DNA from: a virus
Lineage: Duplodnaviria; Caudoviricetes
DNA: 63,053 bases
Reading direction: 5' to 3' (one strand)
IMG/VR virus record: IMGVR_UViG_3300044707_000482
Span: 1 to 63,053 of that record
In this document: in pieces, positions 16,950 to 25,877 of the stretch
How positions within the stretch are numbered: the first letter of the stretch is position 1
Layout of the letters: every line of letters begins with the position of its first letter
The notes under the pieces: generated by a model
Told to the model about the DNA's origin: nothing
Databases searched by the model: none
What the model saw: only the letters and a program-made list of their open reading frames with translations
Program-made: the position numbers and the translations under genes

Positions 16950-17324
16950 GTGATTCAAGGAACGGTGACGGGCAACGTCGGCAAGGATCCCGTGCTGCGT
17001 ACCACGCAGTCGGGCAAGCAGGTGGCGTCGTTTTCGGTGGCTTCGACCGCCAAGAAGGACGGGCCGACGACCTGGGTGGATGTGGTCTGCTTTGACGAGC
17101 AGGCCGATGTGGTGTCGCAGCGGATCAAGAAGGGCGACCGGGTCGTAGTGACGGGCCGGTTTGGCCTGGAGACCTACGAGAAGCGTGACGGCTCCCAGGG
17201 GACTTCCCTGCGGTTGCTGGCCGACGAGGTGGGTCACAGTCTCCGGTGGCCCAAGCGGGAGACTGTTGGGGCGGCGGTGGCCGACGATGGGGAAGTCGGC
17301 GGCGGCGACGAAGTTCCCTTCTGA
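16950..17324 (+). CDS. ssb: Single-stranded DNA-binding protein
   Basis: GNVGKDP, FSVA, W.DVVCF, KGDRVVVTG; acidic DEVPF tail. Confidence 0.95.
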   Translation: MIQGTVTGNVGKDPVLRTTQSGKQVASFSVASTAKKDGPTTWVDVVCFDEQADVVSQRIKKGDRVVVTGRFGLETYEKRDGSQGTSLRLLADEVGHSLRWPKRETVGAAVADDGEVGGGDEVPF

Positions 17325-17378
17325 GCATCGCGATTAGGGTGGGCCGAGAAGGGATGCTCGGCCTCACCCGGTGGCGGT

Positions 17379-17612
17379 TTGAAAGTGATTCACCAGTGCA
17401 ACCCGCCGATTTGGGTCACAACGCCGCTGGGCGAGGGCCACGCCCTGTTTCTGCTGGACTACGGCCCCAGCATCAACACGGTCTGGGTGGTGCATCAGTT
17501 CGACACGGGGGCGGTGGTTCACGTGGACTCGAGCGAAGTGCGGGTGATGGGCAACGCGATGTGGGGCATCGAGCATCCGGCCCCTCCGACGCGAGTTCCC
17601 CAGCACAAGTAG
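17379..17612 (+). CDS. Hypothetical phage protein
   Basis: NPPIWVTTPLGEGHALFLLDYG. Confidence 0.65.
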   Translation: MKVIHQCNPPIWVTTPLGEGHALFLLDYGPSINTVWVVHQFDTGAVVHVDSSEVRVMGNAMWGIEHPAPPTRVPQHK

Positions 17613-17790
17613 AGGATGCCCTGTCTCGGATTCACCGGGAGTTCCGGGAGCAGTGCATTCGCGACGGCACTTATCGGCCGGTGACAAAGGAGGAGCTGGA
17701 GCGGGGGCTTGCCAAATGGAAGGCCGAGTGCAATCGCCCGCCCAGGCATGTTCGCAAGCGCAAGCATCCACCCAAGGGGACGGCTGACTG

Positions 17791-18051
17791 ATGGGCGACT
17801 TTTCTCTGGCGACGGCCGTTCTGATCTTCGTCACCTACGTGGCGGTGGACATCCTCTACGCCGCGTACATCATCTGCGTGGAGAAGCGGCAGGCGTTGCA
17901 GGCGGCGGCGATCTCTGCTGTGCTGTACTCGCTCCTGGCGTTTGGGGTCATCACGTACTCCCAGAATCCCCTGTATCTGATCCCGCTCGCGGCTGGGGCG
18001 TTCGTGGGCACGTACGTGACGGTCTGGTGGAGCCGCATGTCGGGTCGGTAG
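17791..18051 (+). CDS. Small three-helix membrane protein
   Basis: Hydrophobic 86-aa ORF; GAFVGTY. Confidence 0.75.
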   Translation: MGDFSLATAVLIFVTYVAVDILYAAYIICVEKRQALQAAAISAVLYSLLAFGVITYSQNPLYLIPLAAGAFVGTYVTVWWSRMSGR

Positions 18052-18059
18052 TGGGCTAG

Positions 18060-18070
18060 GGCCATAAATC
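18060..18070 (+). promoter_or_regulatory. Putative late promoter GGCCATAAATC
   Basis: Same motif at 38399 and 57031, each directly before a gene block. Confidence 0.5.
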
Positions 18071-18074
18071 CCGT

Positions 18075-19517
18075 ATGGCCGAACCGACTGGCGAATTTGA
18101 TGCTGCTGCGCTGGGGGAGCTCCTGCCTCAGTTGTTTGACGAGGGCGCCGGGCCTGTCCGGCCGCTGTCGGACTTGAGCGATGCGGTGAGGGCCGAGCGC
18201 GCAGCCCGCCCATGGCCAGAAGGCAAGCCGTACCCGACGACCTACGAGTTCGGCGGGAGTCCTGACCAAGAGCCGGACCCGGATGGGGTGGCCCGCTCGC
18301 AGGGGATCATCCGGGACATCTACGCCCGGCACGGCATTCCGCTCGACACGCCGCTAAAAGAAGCCGCCGAGTATATCGGCGACCGGGCGGCAGACAGCGG
18401 CGCGGGCCAGTCCATGTGGGCGAACCCGGAGGAGCGTGAGGAAGCCCAGTACCAGTACGCCGCCCAGGGCCGCACAAAGAACGAGGTCGCCAAGAGACTG
18501 AACGACTCCCAGCACCTCATGGACCCCGAGACTGCGAGGTACTACCGGGACTTTGCCCGAGACCAGGACTTCCTGGTGCGGCTCACCGAACCGCCTGTCT
18601 TTGGCACCGACGGCGCTGGCGGCCGTTACGACGTAGGCCCGCACAAGGAAGCTCTGGCGTACTGGGACAGCACCCGGAACAACTCTCCGCTGTGGTCGGA
18701 CTACCACCGCAACAACAAAGACGGGGCATGGATCGCCCTTGCGTTGAGCGACCCAGACGCCCTGGTGGGCTCCACCTTCATGGGCCTGGAGCAGTCGCCG
18801 GACTTCATTCGGCTTGCGGGGAGCGGCGAGTCGGACGGGGCGGCTGGGGCATTCCGGGACATGCGGGGCGTGCATCGCGACCACCAGCGATACCGCGCCC
18901 ACTCTCCTGCCCCGATTGGCAACTTGCCATCTGCCGCGACAGTCGAGGACCGCCAGCGAGCGATTGCCGAGCTCCAGGCCCAGACCAGTGCCGCCGCCAT
19001 TCCGGTCGCTGCGGAGCGGTGGGCCAGGACGACAGGCTGGGTGCCTCCGGGAGTCGTGCAGGACGTCGGTGACGGGCTTATCAGCACGCTCGATGCGACG
19101 TTCGCGATCCCGGTGGTGGGCGCCGCCGCCAAGGGCACGAGCCTTGGGCTCAAGGCCGCCAAGGTCGCTGGTAAGGGCTGGACAAAGCCAGCCCTCCAGC
19201 AGTTCGGGCGACAGACGGCCGCGAGCTTTGGCTGGGACCAAGTGCCCGAACAGGGCCTGAACCTGGGGATTCCTGTGGCCATTGCCCCTGAGTTCGAGGC
19301 CGCGCGGCGATCTAAGCCGGGCTATTGGAGGGGCTCAACGGACAAGGATGAGGTCCAGGCCGCCATGAAGTCGCCCGAGAAGTTGCAGGAGGCCAAAGAC
19401 GCTCGCAAGCAACTCTACGAGACGGCCGACCCGGAAAGAGTATCGGCAGCGCGGGCGAGGGTCAAAGATAGGCTGATTCGCGAAGGGCGATTGCCCTACG
19501 AGCCACTCATCGACTAA
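18075..19517 (+). CDS. Hypothetical protein, probably virion-associated
   Basis: 480-aa ORF heading the head module. Confidence 0.7.
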   Translation: MAEPTGEFDAAALGELLPQLFDEGAGPVRPLSDLSDAVRAERAARPWPEGKPYPTTYEFGGSPDQEPDPDGVARSQGIIRDIYARHGIPLDTPLKEAAEYIGDRAADSGAGQSMWANPEEREEAQYQYAAQGRTKNEVAKRLNDSQHLMDPETARYYRDFARDQDFLVRLTEPPVFGTDGAGGRYDVGPHKEALAYWDSTRNNSPLWSDYHRNNKDGAWIALALSDPDALVGSTFMGLEQSPDFIRLAGSGESDGAAGAFRDMRGVHRDHQRYRAHSPAPIGNLPSAATVEDRQRAIAELQAQTSAAAIPVAAERWARTTGWVPPGVVQDVGDGLISTLDATFAIPVVGAAAKGTSLGLKAAKVAGKGWTKPALQQFGRQTAASFGWDQVPEQGLNLGIPVAIAPEFEAARRSKPGYWRGSTDKDEVQAAMKSPEKLQEAKDARKQLYETADPERVSAARARVKDRLIREGRLPYEPLID

Positions 19518-19534
19518 CCGCCAGGAGCGCAAGC

Positions 19535-20647
19535 ATGTCCGAAGAAGCCGTAGCCGACATTGAGGAAACCTCCGGTGCAGAAGTCGAATCGTCTTCGGCG
19601 TCCGAATCGTCGGTGGACTCCGCTGCGCCTCCCCAGGCGGCTGCTGCTCCGGCGGCTGCGGAAGCACCTCAGAAGCAGGTATGGGACGCCTTCCGCTCTC
19701 TCCCTGACTTCAAGGGGGCGGATGACGTCGCGATTGCTCGCCGCCTGTATGCCTCAATGGAGCGAGAGAAAGCAGCTTCACATGCTCTTGCCCAATACCA
19801 GCAGTACGTTCCCATCGCCCAGCAGTACCTCCAAAACCGGGAACCCTTCGAGCAATTCCAGCAGCACCGAGAAGCCTTCCAGCGATGGCTCGCCTCCCAG
19901 CAGCAGCCCGCCGCAGCAGAGAAGACCACCGCTGCGGAGGCGGTGAAGAAGTGGTGGAGCCCGCCGGAGGTCCGCGAGTCGTACAAGCAGTACCTCATCA
20001 AGGACGAAAACGGCCGCGAGGTGATCTCGCCGGAGGCTCCGCTCGACGCCAAGCACGCCCTGTACGAGTACCAGAAGTACAAGGCCGACTTCGCCCAGAA
20101 GTTCCTCACCAACCCGGAGGACGCGCTCGGGCCGATGGTGCAGGAGATCGCCCAGCGGCAGGCGCAGGAGATCGTCCAGGCCCAGATGGAGCAGGCCCAG
20201 CAGCAGCAGTACGTCTCTGGCCTGGAGACCGAGAACCGGGACTGGCTGTACGACGAGCAGGGCCAGCCGACCGAAGAGGGCGTAGCAGCCCAGCGGTACA
20301 TCGAGGAGGCGTCCGCGCTGGGCATCGGTTCACCGCAGGCTCGGTGGGACTACGCCACGAAAATGATCGAGCGTGATTTGCTGGAAAAGTTGCGCACGCA
20401 GCAGGGCGATCAGCAGCGCAGAAGTGCGTTTGAGGCTGGATTGCCGCAGGTTTCGCAGGCGCCGCCGCAGCAAATGCCTGCTGCCGATGTGCCAACTCAA
20501 GCGCAAAAGGACATAGAGTTTCTTAGAAGGGAAGCGTCCCGTAACCCGAGTCGGGCTGCGGGGTCAAGCGACCCGAGAACTCCGCAAGCCCCACTGACTT
20601 TTGAGCAGCGTCTGGCGAAGCAACTCGCCAGGGACGGCCTCAACTAG
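19535..20647 (+). CDS. Putative capsid scaffolding protein
   Basis: Acidic, Q/A-rich coiled-coil protein immediately upstream of the major capsid gene. Confidence 0.65.
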   Translation: MSEEAVADIEETSGAEVESSSASESSVDSAAPPQAAAAPAAAEAPQKQVWDAFRSLPDFKGADDVAIARRLYASMEREKAASHALAQYQQYVPIAQQYLQNREPFEQFQQHREAFQRWLASQQQPAAAEKTTAAEAVKKWWSPPEVRESYKQYLIKDENGREVISPEAPLDAKHALYEYQKYKADFAQKFLTNPEDALGPMVQEIAQRQAQEIVQAQMEQAQQQQYVSGLETENRDWLYDEQGQPTEEGVAAQRYIEEASALGIGSPQARWDYATKMIERDLLEKLRTQQGDQQRRSAFEAGLPQVSQAPPQQMPAADVPTQAQKDIEFLRREASRNPSRAAGSSDPRTPQAPLTFEQRLAKQLARDGLN

Positions 20648-20659
20648 GAAAGGTAGCAC

Positions 20660-21778
20660 ATGGCGTCGAGCGTAGACTGGGCCCGTTCAATCGGAACGAC
20701 CTTGACCCTGCACCTCAAGGAAGAGGAGCAGACGACGTTCCGCAAGTTCAAGGTCTTCGCGGCGCTCCAGGCGAACGGCAACGTCGCCATGAATCAGGGA
20801 GGTCGCGGCTTCGACTGGCAGGTGCGCTACAGGAACGTCCCCGTTTCGGCGTACACGGGCGAGTCGCCTCGAGTCTTCTCTCGCCACGCGCTCTGGCAGA
20901 GAGCGAACCTCCCGTATCGCGGGTATTCCGTGACGGATCAGATCAGCAAGCGGGAGATGCTGGAGAACAGGGGTCAGGCCCAACTCATCGACGTCGCGGG
21001 CAAGATGGCGAACCGGCTGCGTGAGTCGATGGAGGAACACCTCGCCAAGGAGGTGTTTATCGACGGCACGGCCGCCGGTAACGAGAACCGGTGGCACGGC
21101 CTTGAGAGCATGTTCTCCGTCAACGGCACGGTGAACATCGCGACTGGTGCCCAGCGGACGGCCAACGCCGCCGACATCTTCGGGTTCCCGAACGACGAGT
21201 ACGCGGGCCTCAAGACTGGCCTGGGCCAGTACGCTGGCTCGCAGCTTGCCACCGGTTCGTGGCCCCGAGTTGCCGCCGACCCCGAGTACGACTTTTGGTC
21301 GCCCCTGGTGTGCAACTACACCAGCACGGCCTTCGGCGGTGCGACGGCGACCTGGAAGGATCAGTGCATCGAGGCGATCCGCGAGTCGGTCCATCACGCC
21401 AAGCGGAACGACACCCGCGAGAACCAGATCGACATGATCCTTCTCGACCGGACCCTCTACATCCAGTTCCTCAACCGGCTCGACAGCCGCGAGCGGGCGA
21501 TCGTGTCGAAGACGAACGGCCTCAAGTCGTACGGCTTCGGGGATGTGGTCGAAATCGACGGCATCGAAACCGCGAGCGACTACGCCGTTCCGTCGGGGGT
21601 TGGTTACGCCCTCTCCATCGGCAACATGGAGATGAAGGTGATGACCGGCCAGCTCCTCGAGGCTGAGGGACCGTACTACAACGAGGAGCTCTCTTCGTAT
21701 CGCTACGCCGTGTCCGTCTTGGCGAACATCAAGATGAAGTCGCCCAGGAATTTCGTGAAGTTCGCCGCCCTCGCCTGA
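20660..21778 (+). CDS. Major capsid protein
   Basis: 372 aa, strong codon bias, position after scaffold, HK97-like features (GLESM, PRNF near C-terminus). Confidence 0.8.
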   Translation: MASSVDWARSIGTTLTLHLKEEEQTTFRKFKVFAALQANGNVAMNQGGRGFDWQVRYRNVPVSAYTGESPRVFSRHALWQRANLPYRGYSVTDQISKREMLENRGQAQLIDVAGKMANRLRESMEEHLAKEVFIDGTAAGNENRWHGLESMFSVNGTVNIATGAQRTANAADIFGFPNDEYAGLKTGLGQYAGSQLATGSWPRVAADPEYDFWSPLVCNYTSTAFGGATATWKDQCIEAIRESVHHAKRNDTRENQIDMILLDRTLYIQFLNRLDSRERAIVSKTNGLKSYGFGDVVEIDGIETASDYAVPSGVGYALSIGNMEMKVMTGQLLEAEGPYYNEELSSYRYAVSVLANIKMKSPRNFVKFAALA

Positions 21779-21808
21779 CCAAGAGCCTAAGAAGGAGTTC
21801 CCTAGCAG

Positions 21809-22345
21809 ATGAGTACGCTGACTGCTGATCCCGGATTCAGTCGCGGCCAGACGCTCGGCGTCACCGTGACGATGTACGAGGCCGAGAACGGTGACGGCTC
21901 GACCGTCATCGGCACCCGCAAGGTGTTCCGCGACGAGAACCCGACCACCGGTGCCCTTAACAGCAACCGGACCGTCGAGTGCATCGCCGTGAAGAACACC
22001 AGCGGCAGTGCCCTGCTTCCTGGTGCGGTCGCCAAGTTCAAGGATGCGGCGATCCTCTCGGAGGTGGACGGTCTGGCCACCACCTCGACTGCCCTCATGG
22101 GCGTCGTGGACGAGTACCTCCCGGCGGCGGGCGTGCCCAACAACGAGGTGTTCTGGCTCGTCGTGCGCGGCCCCTCGACGGTGACCAAGACGGCGACCAG
22201 CGTGGCGGCTGGTGCCTCCTACGGCCTGTCCGCTACGTCTGGTTCGGCTGCGGCTCAGTCCACCAACCCGCTGCTCGGCTACGCCATCGCTACGAGTGCC
22301 ACGGCCTCCGGGCGGATTCTGGTTCGCACGGCCGCTGGCTTCTGA
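21809..22345 (+). CDS. Capsid decoration/cement protein
   Basis: Follows the MCP; FWLVVRGP; terminator downstream. Confidence 0.65.
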   Translation: MSTLTADPGFSRGQTLGVTVTMYEAENGDGSTVIGTRKVFRDENPTTGALNSNRTVECIAVKNTSGSALLPGAVAKFKDAAILSEVDGLATTSTALMGVVDEYLPAAGVPNNEVFWLVVRGPSTVTKTATSVAAGASYGLSATSGSAAAQSTNPLLGYAIATSATASGRILVRTAAGF

Positions 22346-22370
22346 TTCGAGTCATCAACGTCGCGATGTT

Positions 22371-22405
22371 GGCCGCAGGAGGGACCGTTCCCCCCTGCGG
22401 CCTTT
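22371..22405 (+). terminator. Rho-independent terminator after the capsid genes
   Basis: GGCCGCAGG...CCTGCGGCC-TTT. Confidence 0.7.
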
Positions 22406-22425
22406 CGCGTAAAGGGGTGTGACGA

Positions 22426-24387
22426 ATGGCTGGCTGGTGGGATTCGGTGGCAAAGAAGCTGACCAAGTCTGCGGGCAAGACGCCGCTGGCTGGTTCGCCC
22501 CCTCCGGCCCAAACGCCCGGCCCGGCGGCGTTCCATCCCAATCTGCTGCCGACCTCGAAGGTGATCCATTCGTCTGGCGGCAAGGCGGTATTCACGAACG
22601 ACGGCCTTGAGTACCACGACATCCCAAATCTTCAGTACCCGAAGGTTCTGTCCTATGGCGACCACACGAAGGCCGTGAATGAGCTCGTCGCAAGTGGCAT
22701 CGTCAAGTACGACCCCACTACGCAGCAGTATTGGCACGGCGGCACGCTGGTTGGGGCAGGAAACGTCGGGCCCTGGGCCCCAACGACCCATGGCCTCGTC
22801 TCGCTGGTGAGCGAGCACGGCGCTGGCGTGCCGACTGGGCCTACAGCGTTAGGGGTCGTGCCGATGCCCAAAACGGCTACGTCGGATGACGGCCAGTTTG
22901 TCCTTGGGCCCCTCGATGACACTGACATCACCATGCCAGGGGCAGCGGACGACCCTTGGGCTGTCGCGGCATCCGCGCCACAGCCGCGCCTGGAGGACTT
23001 TGCCGTATCGCAAGCCGATGCAGCAGCCAGGGCCGCCCGCAAGCCAGGGGAGAACATTCGGGAGTACGTGGCCCGCCTGCGGGAAATGGCAGCTAGCGCC
23101 GATGAGTCCGCATGGTGGGTTGGCCCCGCCGATCGAGAGGCTGTGGCGAATGCCGTGAACGCACTGGAAGGCCAGATGGTCCGCGATCTTGACGATGGGC
23201 TTGTTGGCCCAGCGCCCGATGGGCCGGACATTGCAGCACAGCGAGCCCGCTGGGACGCCATGCGGCAGGATTACTTCGACGGCGCCGACTATCAAGGTCA
23301 CGACAATGCCGTCAACGCGCTGGTAGAGAGGGGCATCCTTCGCAGGGAAGACGAGGCCGTCCTGGGCCCGAATGGAGAGGTGTTTGAAGACGGGCAGGGA
23401 ATGTACAGGCAGGACGAGCTTGGCGACCTTATCGCGAAGCATCTTGGCGACGAGTTTCTTGGTGACGTTGCTGGCCGACGAACGGCCGCCACACAGGACT
23501 ACCTCAACTACCTGTCCGCAAATGGCGTAGACCAGCGCACGATTGATGACATCGCCTCCGGCGCCCTGCCAATGGACCCCGCATCTCGGGCTTCCCGGGC
23601 AGAGCAGATGGGCCTGGACTACACCTGGACGCTGAACAGGCAGGCATATCCGCTCCAGACGGAGTTCAAGGGATTCACGGGGGCCGCACTATCGCAGCCG
23701 GAAAAGCGGCGGCACGGTCGCGGCGTGACGCAGAAGATTGACCTCACGCCCAGCAAGGAAGGGCTCGTCTACACGGCGTTAACGCCGGGCGGCGCCAATG
23801 CGGGCGTGCAGATGCCGCGCAATCAAGTGACCAACTATCCGCTGTGGGGGCCAAATCGTGGCATTGCGGGGATTGATGAAATGCCCCAAGCCACGCAGGA
23901 CTCTTTCGAGCAGGCGGCTAAAGCTGCTCGAGGCTACAAAGGCGCAGGACTTCCTTCGCAGCTTCCGCAGCCTGTTGGCGGCGCGGGTGCCACGCCACAG
24001 CAGACGCGCCGACTGTCGATCAACAAGGTGAGAGACACGAAAGAAGCCGCGAGCCTCAGCAGCAAGCACCAGTGGAGCAAGGACGCGGACAGGATTCCGC
24101 ATTTCCCGGAGGCCGAGAATCGCAAGCTCTACACCGAGCCACTAATGGGCGCCGGAGGGCCTGGGCAGCGAGTCCTGGGAACGCTTGTTACTGACGAGAC
24201 GCCGCTCGCTGTCGCCTTCACGCCAGCAGGTGCCCGTCAAATGCGGCGGGCCGACCTCGCCGCCCTTGATCCGCGATTCAAGCGTTACCGCAACCTGCTG
24301 CAAGGACTGGCGCCGCCCATCGCCGTTGGCTCTGGGGCCCTAGCGGTCGGAGCAGCAGGCAGCAGCCCCAGAACGGAGATGAGATGA
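22426..24387 (+). CDS. Large putative internal virion protein (MAGWWDSVAKKL leader; polyvalent-protein-like segment)
   Basis: 653-aa ORF; LPMDPASRASRAEQMG motif. Confidence 0.7.
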   Translation: MAGWWDSVAKKLTKSAGKTPLAGSPPPAQTPGPAAFHPNLLPTSKVIHSSGGKAVFTNDGLEYHDIPNLQYPKVLSYGDHTKAVNELVASGIVKYDPTTQQYWHGGTLVGAGNVGPWAPTTHGLVSLVSEHGAGVPTGPTALGVVPMPKTATSDDGQFVLGPLDDTDITMPGAADDPWAVAASAPQPRLEDFAVSQADAAARAARKPGENIREYVARLREMAASADESAWWVGPADREAVANAVNALEGQMVRDLDDGLVGPAPDGPDIAAQRARWDAMRQDYFDGADYQGHDNAVNALVERGILRREDEAVLGPNGEVFEDGQGMYRQDELGDLIAKHLGDEFLGDVAGRRTAATQDYLNYLSANGVDQRTIDDIASGALPMDPASRASRAEQMGLDYTWTLNRQAYPLQTEFKGFTGAALSQPEKRRHGRGVTQKIDLTPSKEGLVYTALTPGGANAGVQMPRNQVTNYPLWGPNRGIAGIDEMPQATQDSFEQAAKAARGYKGAGLPSQLPQPVGGAGATPQQTRRLSINKVRDTKEAASLSSKHQWSKDADRIPHFPEAENRKLYTEPLMGAGGPGQRVLGTLVTDETPLAVAFTPAGARQMRRADLAALDPRFKRYRNLLQGLAPPIAVGSGALAVGAAGSSPRTEMR

Positions 24388-24650
24388 GCGACCGCATCCG
24401 CAAGCTCCGCTCTGAGGTATGGGCCCGCAAGGAGGGCCAAGACCCCGAAGGCGGCCTCAATGCCAGGGGCCGGGCGGCCTACAACCGGGCTCACGGTGCC
24501 AGCCTCAAGCCTCCGCAGCCGGAGGGCGGGTCACGCCGAGACTCCTTCTGCGCCCGAATGAAGGGCATGAAGGCGAAGCTGACCAGCAAGAAGACGGCGA
24601 ACGACCCAGACAGTCGTATCAACAAATCCCTTCGTGCATGGAAGTGCTGA
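24384..24650 (+). CDS. DUF6321-like basic phage protein
   Basis: WARKEGQDPEGGLNARGR...RRDSFCARMKGMK...SLRAWKC. Confidence 0.75.
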   Translation: MSDRIRKLRSEVWARKEGQDPEGGLNARGRAAYNRAHGASLKPPQPEGGSRRDSFCARMKGMKAKLTSKKTANDPDSRINKSLRAWKC

Positions 24651-24651
24651 C

Positions 24652-25209
24652 ATGGCTGGCTGGTGGGACTCTGTCGCAAAAAAACTTGCAGAGCCAGCGG
24701 CGAAGGCTCCGCTGGCCGGTCCTCCACCGCTGCCTGCCGCTGCCCCTCGCCGCCACCCCATGGCCGACGCCTGGGATCGCCGGGTGCATGACTTTGCCAA
24801 GCGTTCCGGCGCACTGCCGCCGCCAGATCCGGGTGCCGTGCGACTGTACCGGGCAGGCGCGATCCCTGCGGACTCTGTGCCGCGATCGGCTGGCGACGTC
24901 ATCACGGGGCCGTTCGGCCAGCAGATGACCAGGGCCGAGTTCGACGCACTTAAGGGCGAGGGCCACAGCAATCCGCTTGGGGCGGAGGGGCGATGGTTCA
25001 CGGACGCCGCCACCGAACTGGACTTCTACCTCAGAGAGAACGACCTGGACCCCGCCTACTACGTCGATGTCCCGTCCGGGCAGGCCATGCAATATCGAGT
25101 GGACAAGACGCCGTTTACAAAGAACAGCCGCAACCACGAACGCGAGTTTGTCCTGCCGCCGGAGCAGGCCAACCAAGCCGTGCGACTGCTGGACGGACTC
25201 GCTAAATGA
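24652..25209 (+). CDS. Putative ADP-ribosyltransferase-fold protein with MAGWWDSVAKKL leader
   Basis: VRLYRA, GRWFT, YYVDVP, EREFVLP. Confidence 0.55.
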   Translation: MAGWWDSVAKKLAEPAAKAPLAGPPPLPAAAPRRHPMADAWDRRVHDFAKRSGALPPPDPGAVRLYRAGAIPADSVPRSAGDVITGPFGQQMTRAEFDALKGEGHSNPLGAEGRWFTDAATELDFYLRENDLDPAYYVDVPSGQAMQYRVDKTPFTKNSRNHEREFVLPPEQANQAVRLLDGLAK

Positions 25210-25877
25210 GCGAAAAAACCTGCACCGACTGCGGCGGCATCTTCCCGCACACGACCGACCACTTCCGCAAGAAGCAGGACGGCACGTGGGATGCCCGGTG
25301 CTTGATGTGCCGTGCCCGTGCCAACAAGGGAAAGAAGCTGAAGCGTTCCAAGCAGGACATGGCCCGCATCGAGTCGGGGGCTCTCAATGCCTTCACGAAG
25401 GCGGCTGCTCGGGGCGGCGCAAACATCCCGCACTCGAGCGAGTTGCTGGAGACGCTGATGGAGTACTTCGGCGGCACCAGTGGGTTCGCCGCCATGATGG
25501 TCAAGCAGTACTTCGATTCCCCGCCCGGCGGGTCGCACCGCACGAAGTTGATAGAAGGAATAACCAGACTAGTCACGAAGAACACAGAAATGGGCGGCGC
25601 CAAGAAGCCGCTGACGCAGTGGAGCGACGAGGAACTTGAGCAGGAACTCGACCAGCGGCTCCGCACGATTGCCGTAAGCATTGAAGGGAGATTCATCCAT
25701 GGCCCGCCGGAAACCCCAGCAGATTTCGCCCTTGCCGTCAGTCAAGCGATTGGGCACGTTCCAGCAGAACGAACTGCGGGAGATGCAGGCGGAACTGTCG
25801 AGCCGCCGCATCGAGTCCCTGAAGCTGTACCGGCCGACGGATCAGCAGGAGGAAGTCCACAAGTGTCGGGCCAGTGA
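25206..25877 (+). CDS. Putative terminase small subunit with N-terminal zinc ribbon
   Basis: CxxC...CxxC; directly upstream of TerL; SDEELEQEL motif. Confidence 0.55.
   Translation: MSEKTCTDCGGIFPHTTDHFRKKQDGTWDARCLMCRARANKGKKLKRSKQDMARIESGALNAFTKAAARGGANIPHSSELLETLMEYFGGTSGFAAMMVKQYFDSPPGGSHRTKLIEGITRLVTKNTEMGGAKKPLTQWSDEELEQELDQRLRTIAVSIEGRFIHGPPETPADFALAVSQAIGHVPAERTAGDAGGTVEPPHRVPEAVPADGSAGGSPQVSGQ

Noticed and set aside
17600-17791. Possible small gene between 17612 and 17791 (..EDALSRIHREFREQCIRDG..)
   Set aside because: The frame is open and coupled to the next gene, but I could not find a convincing start codon or RBS.
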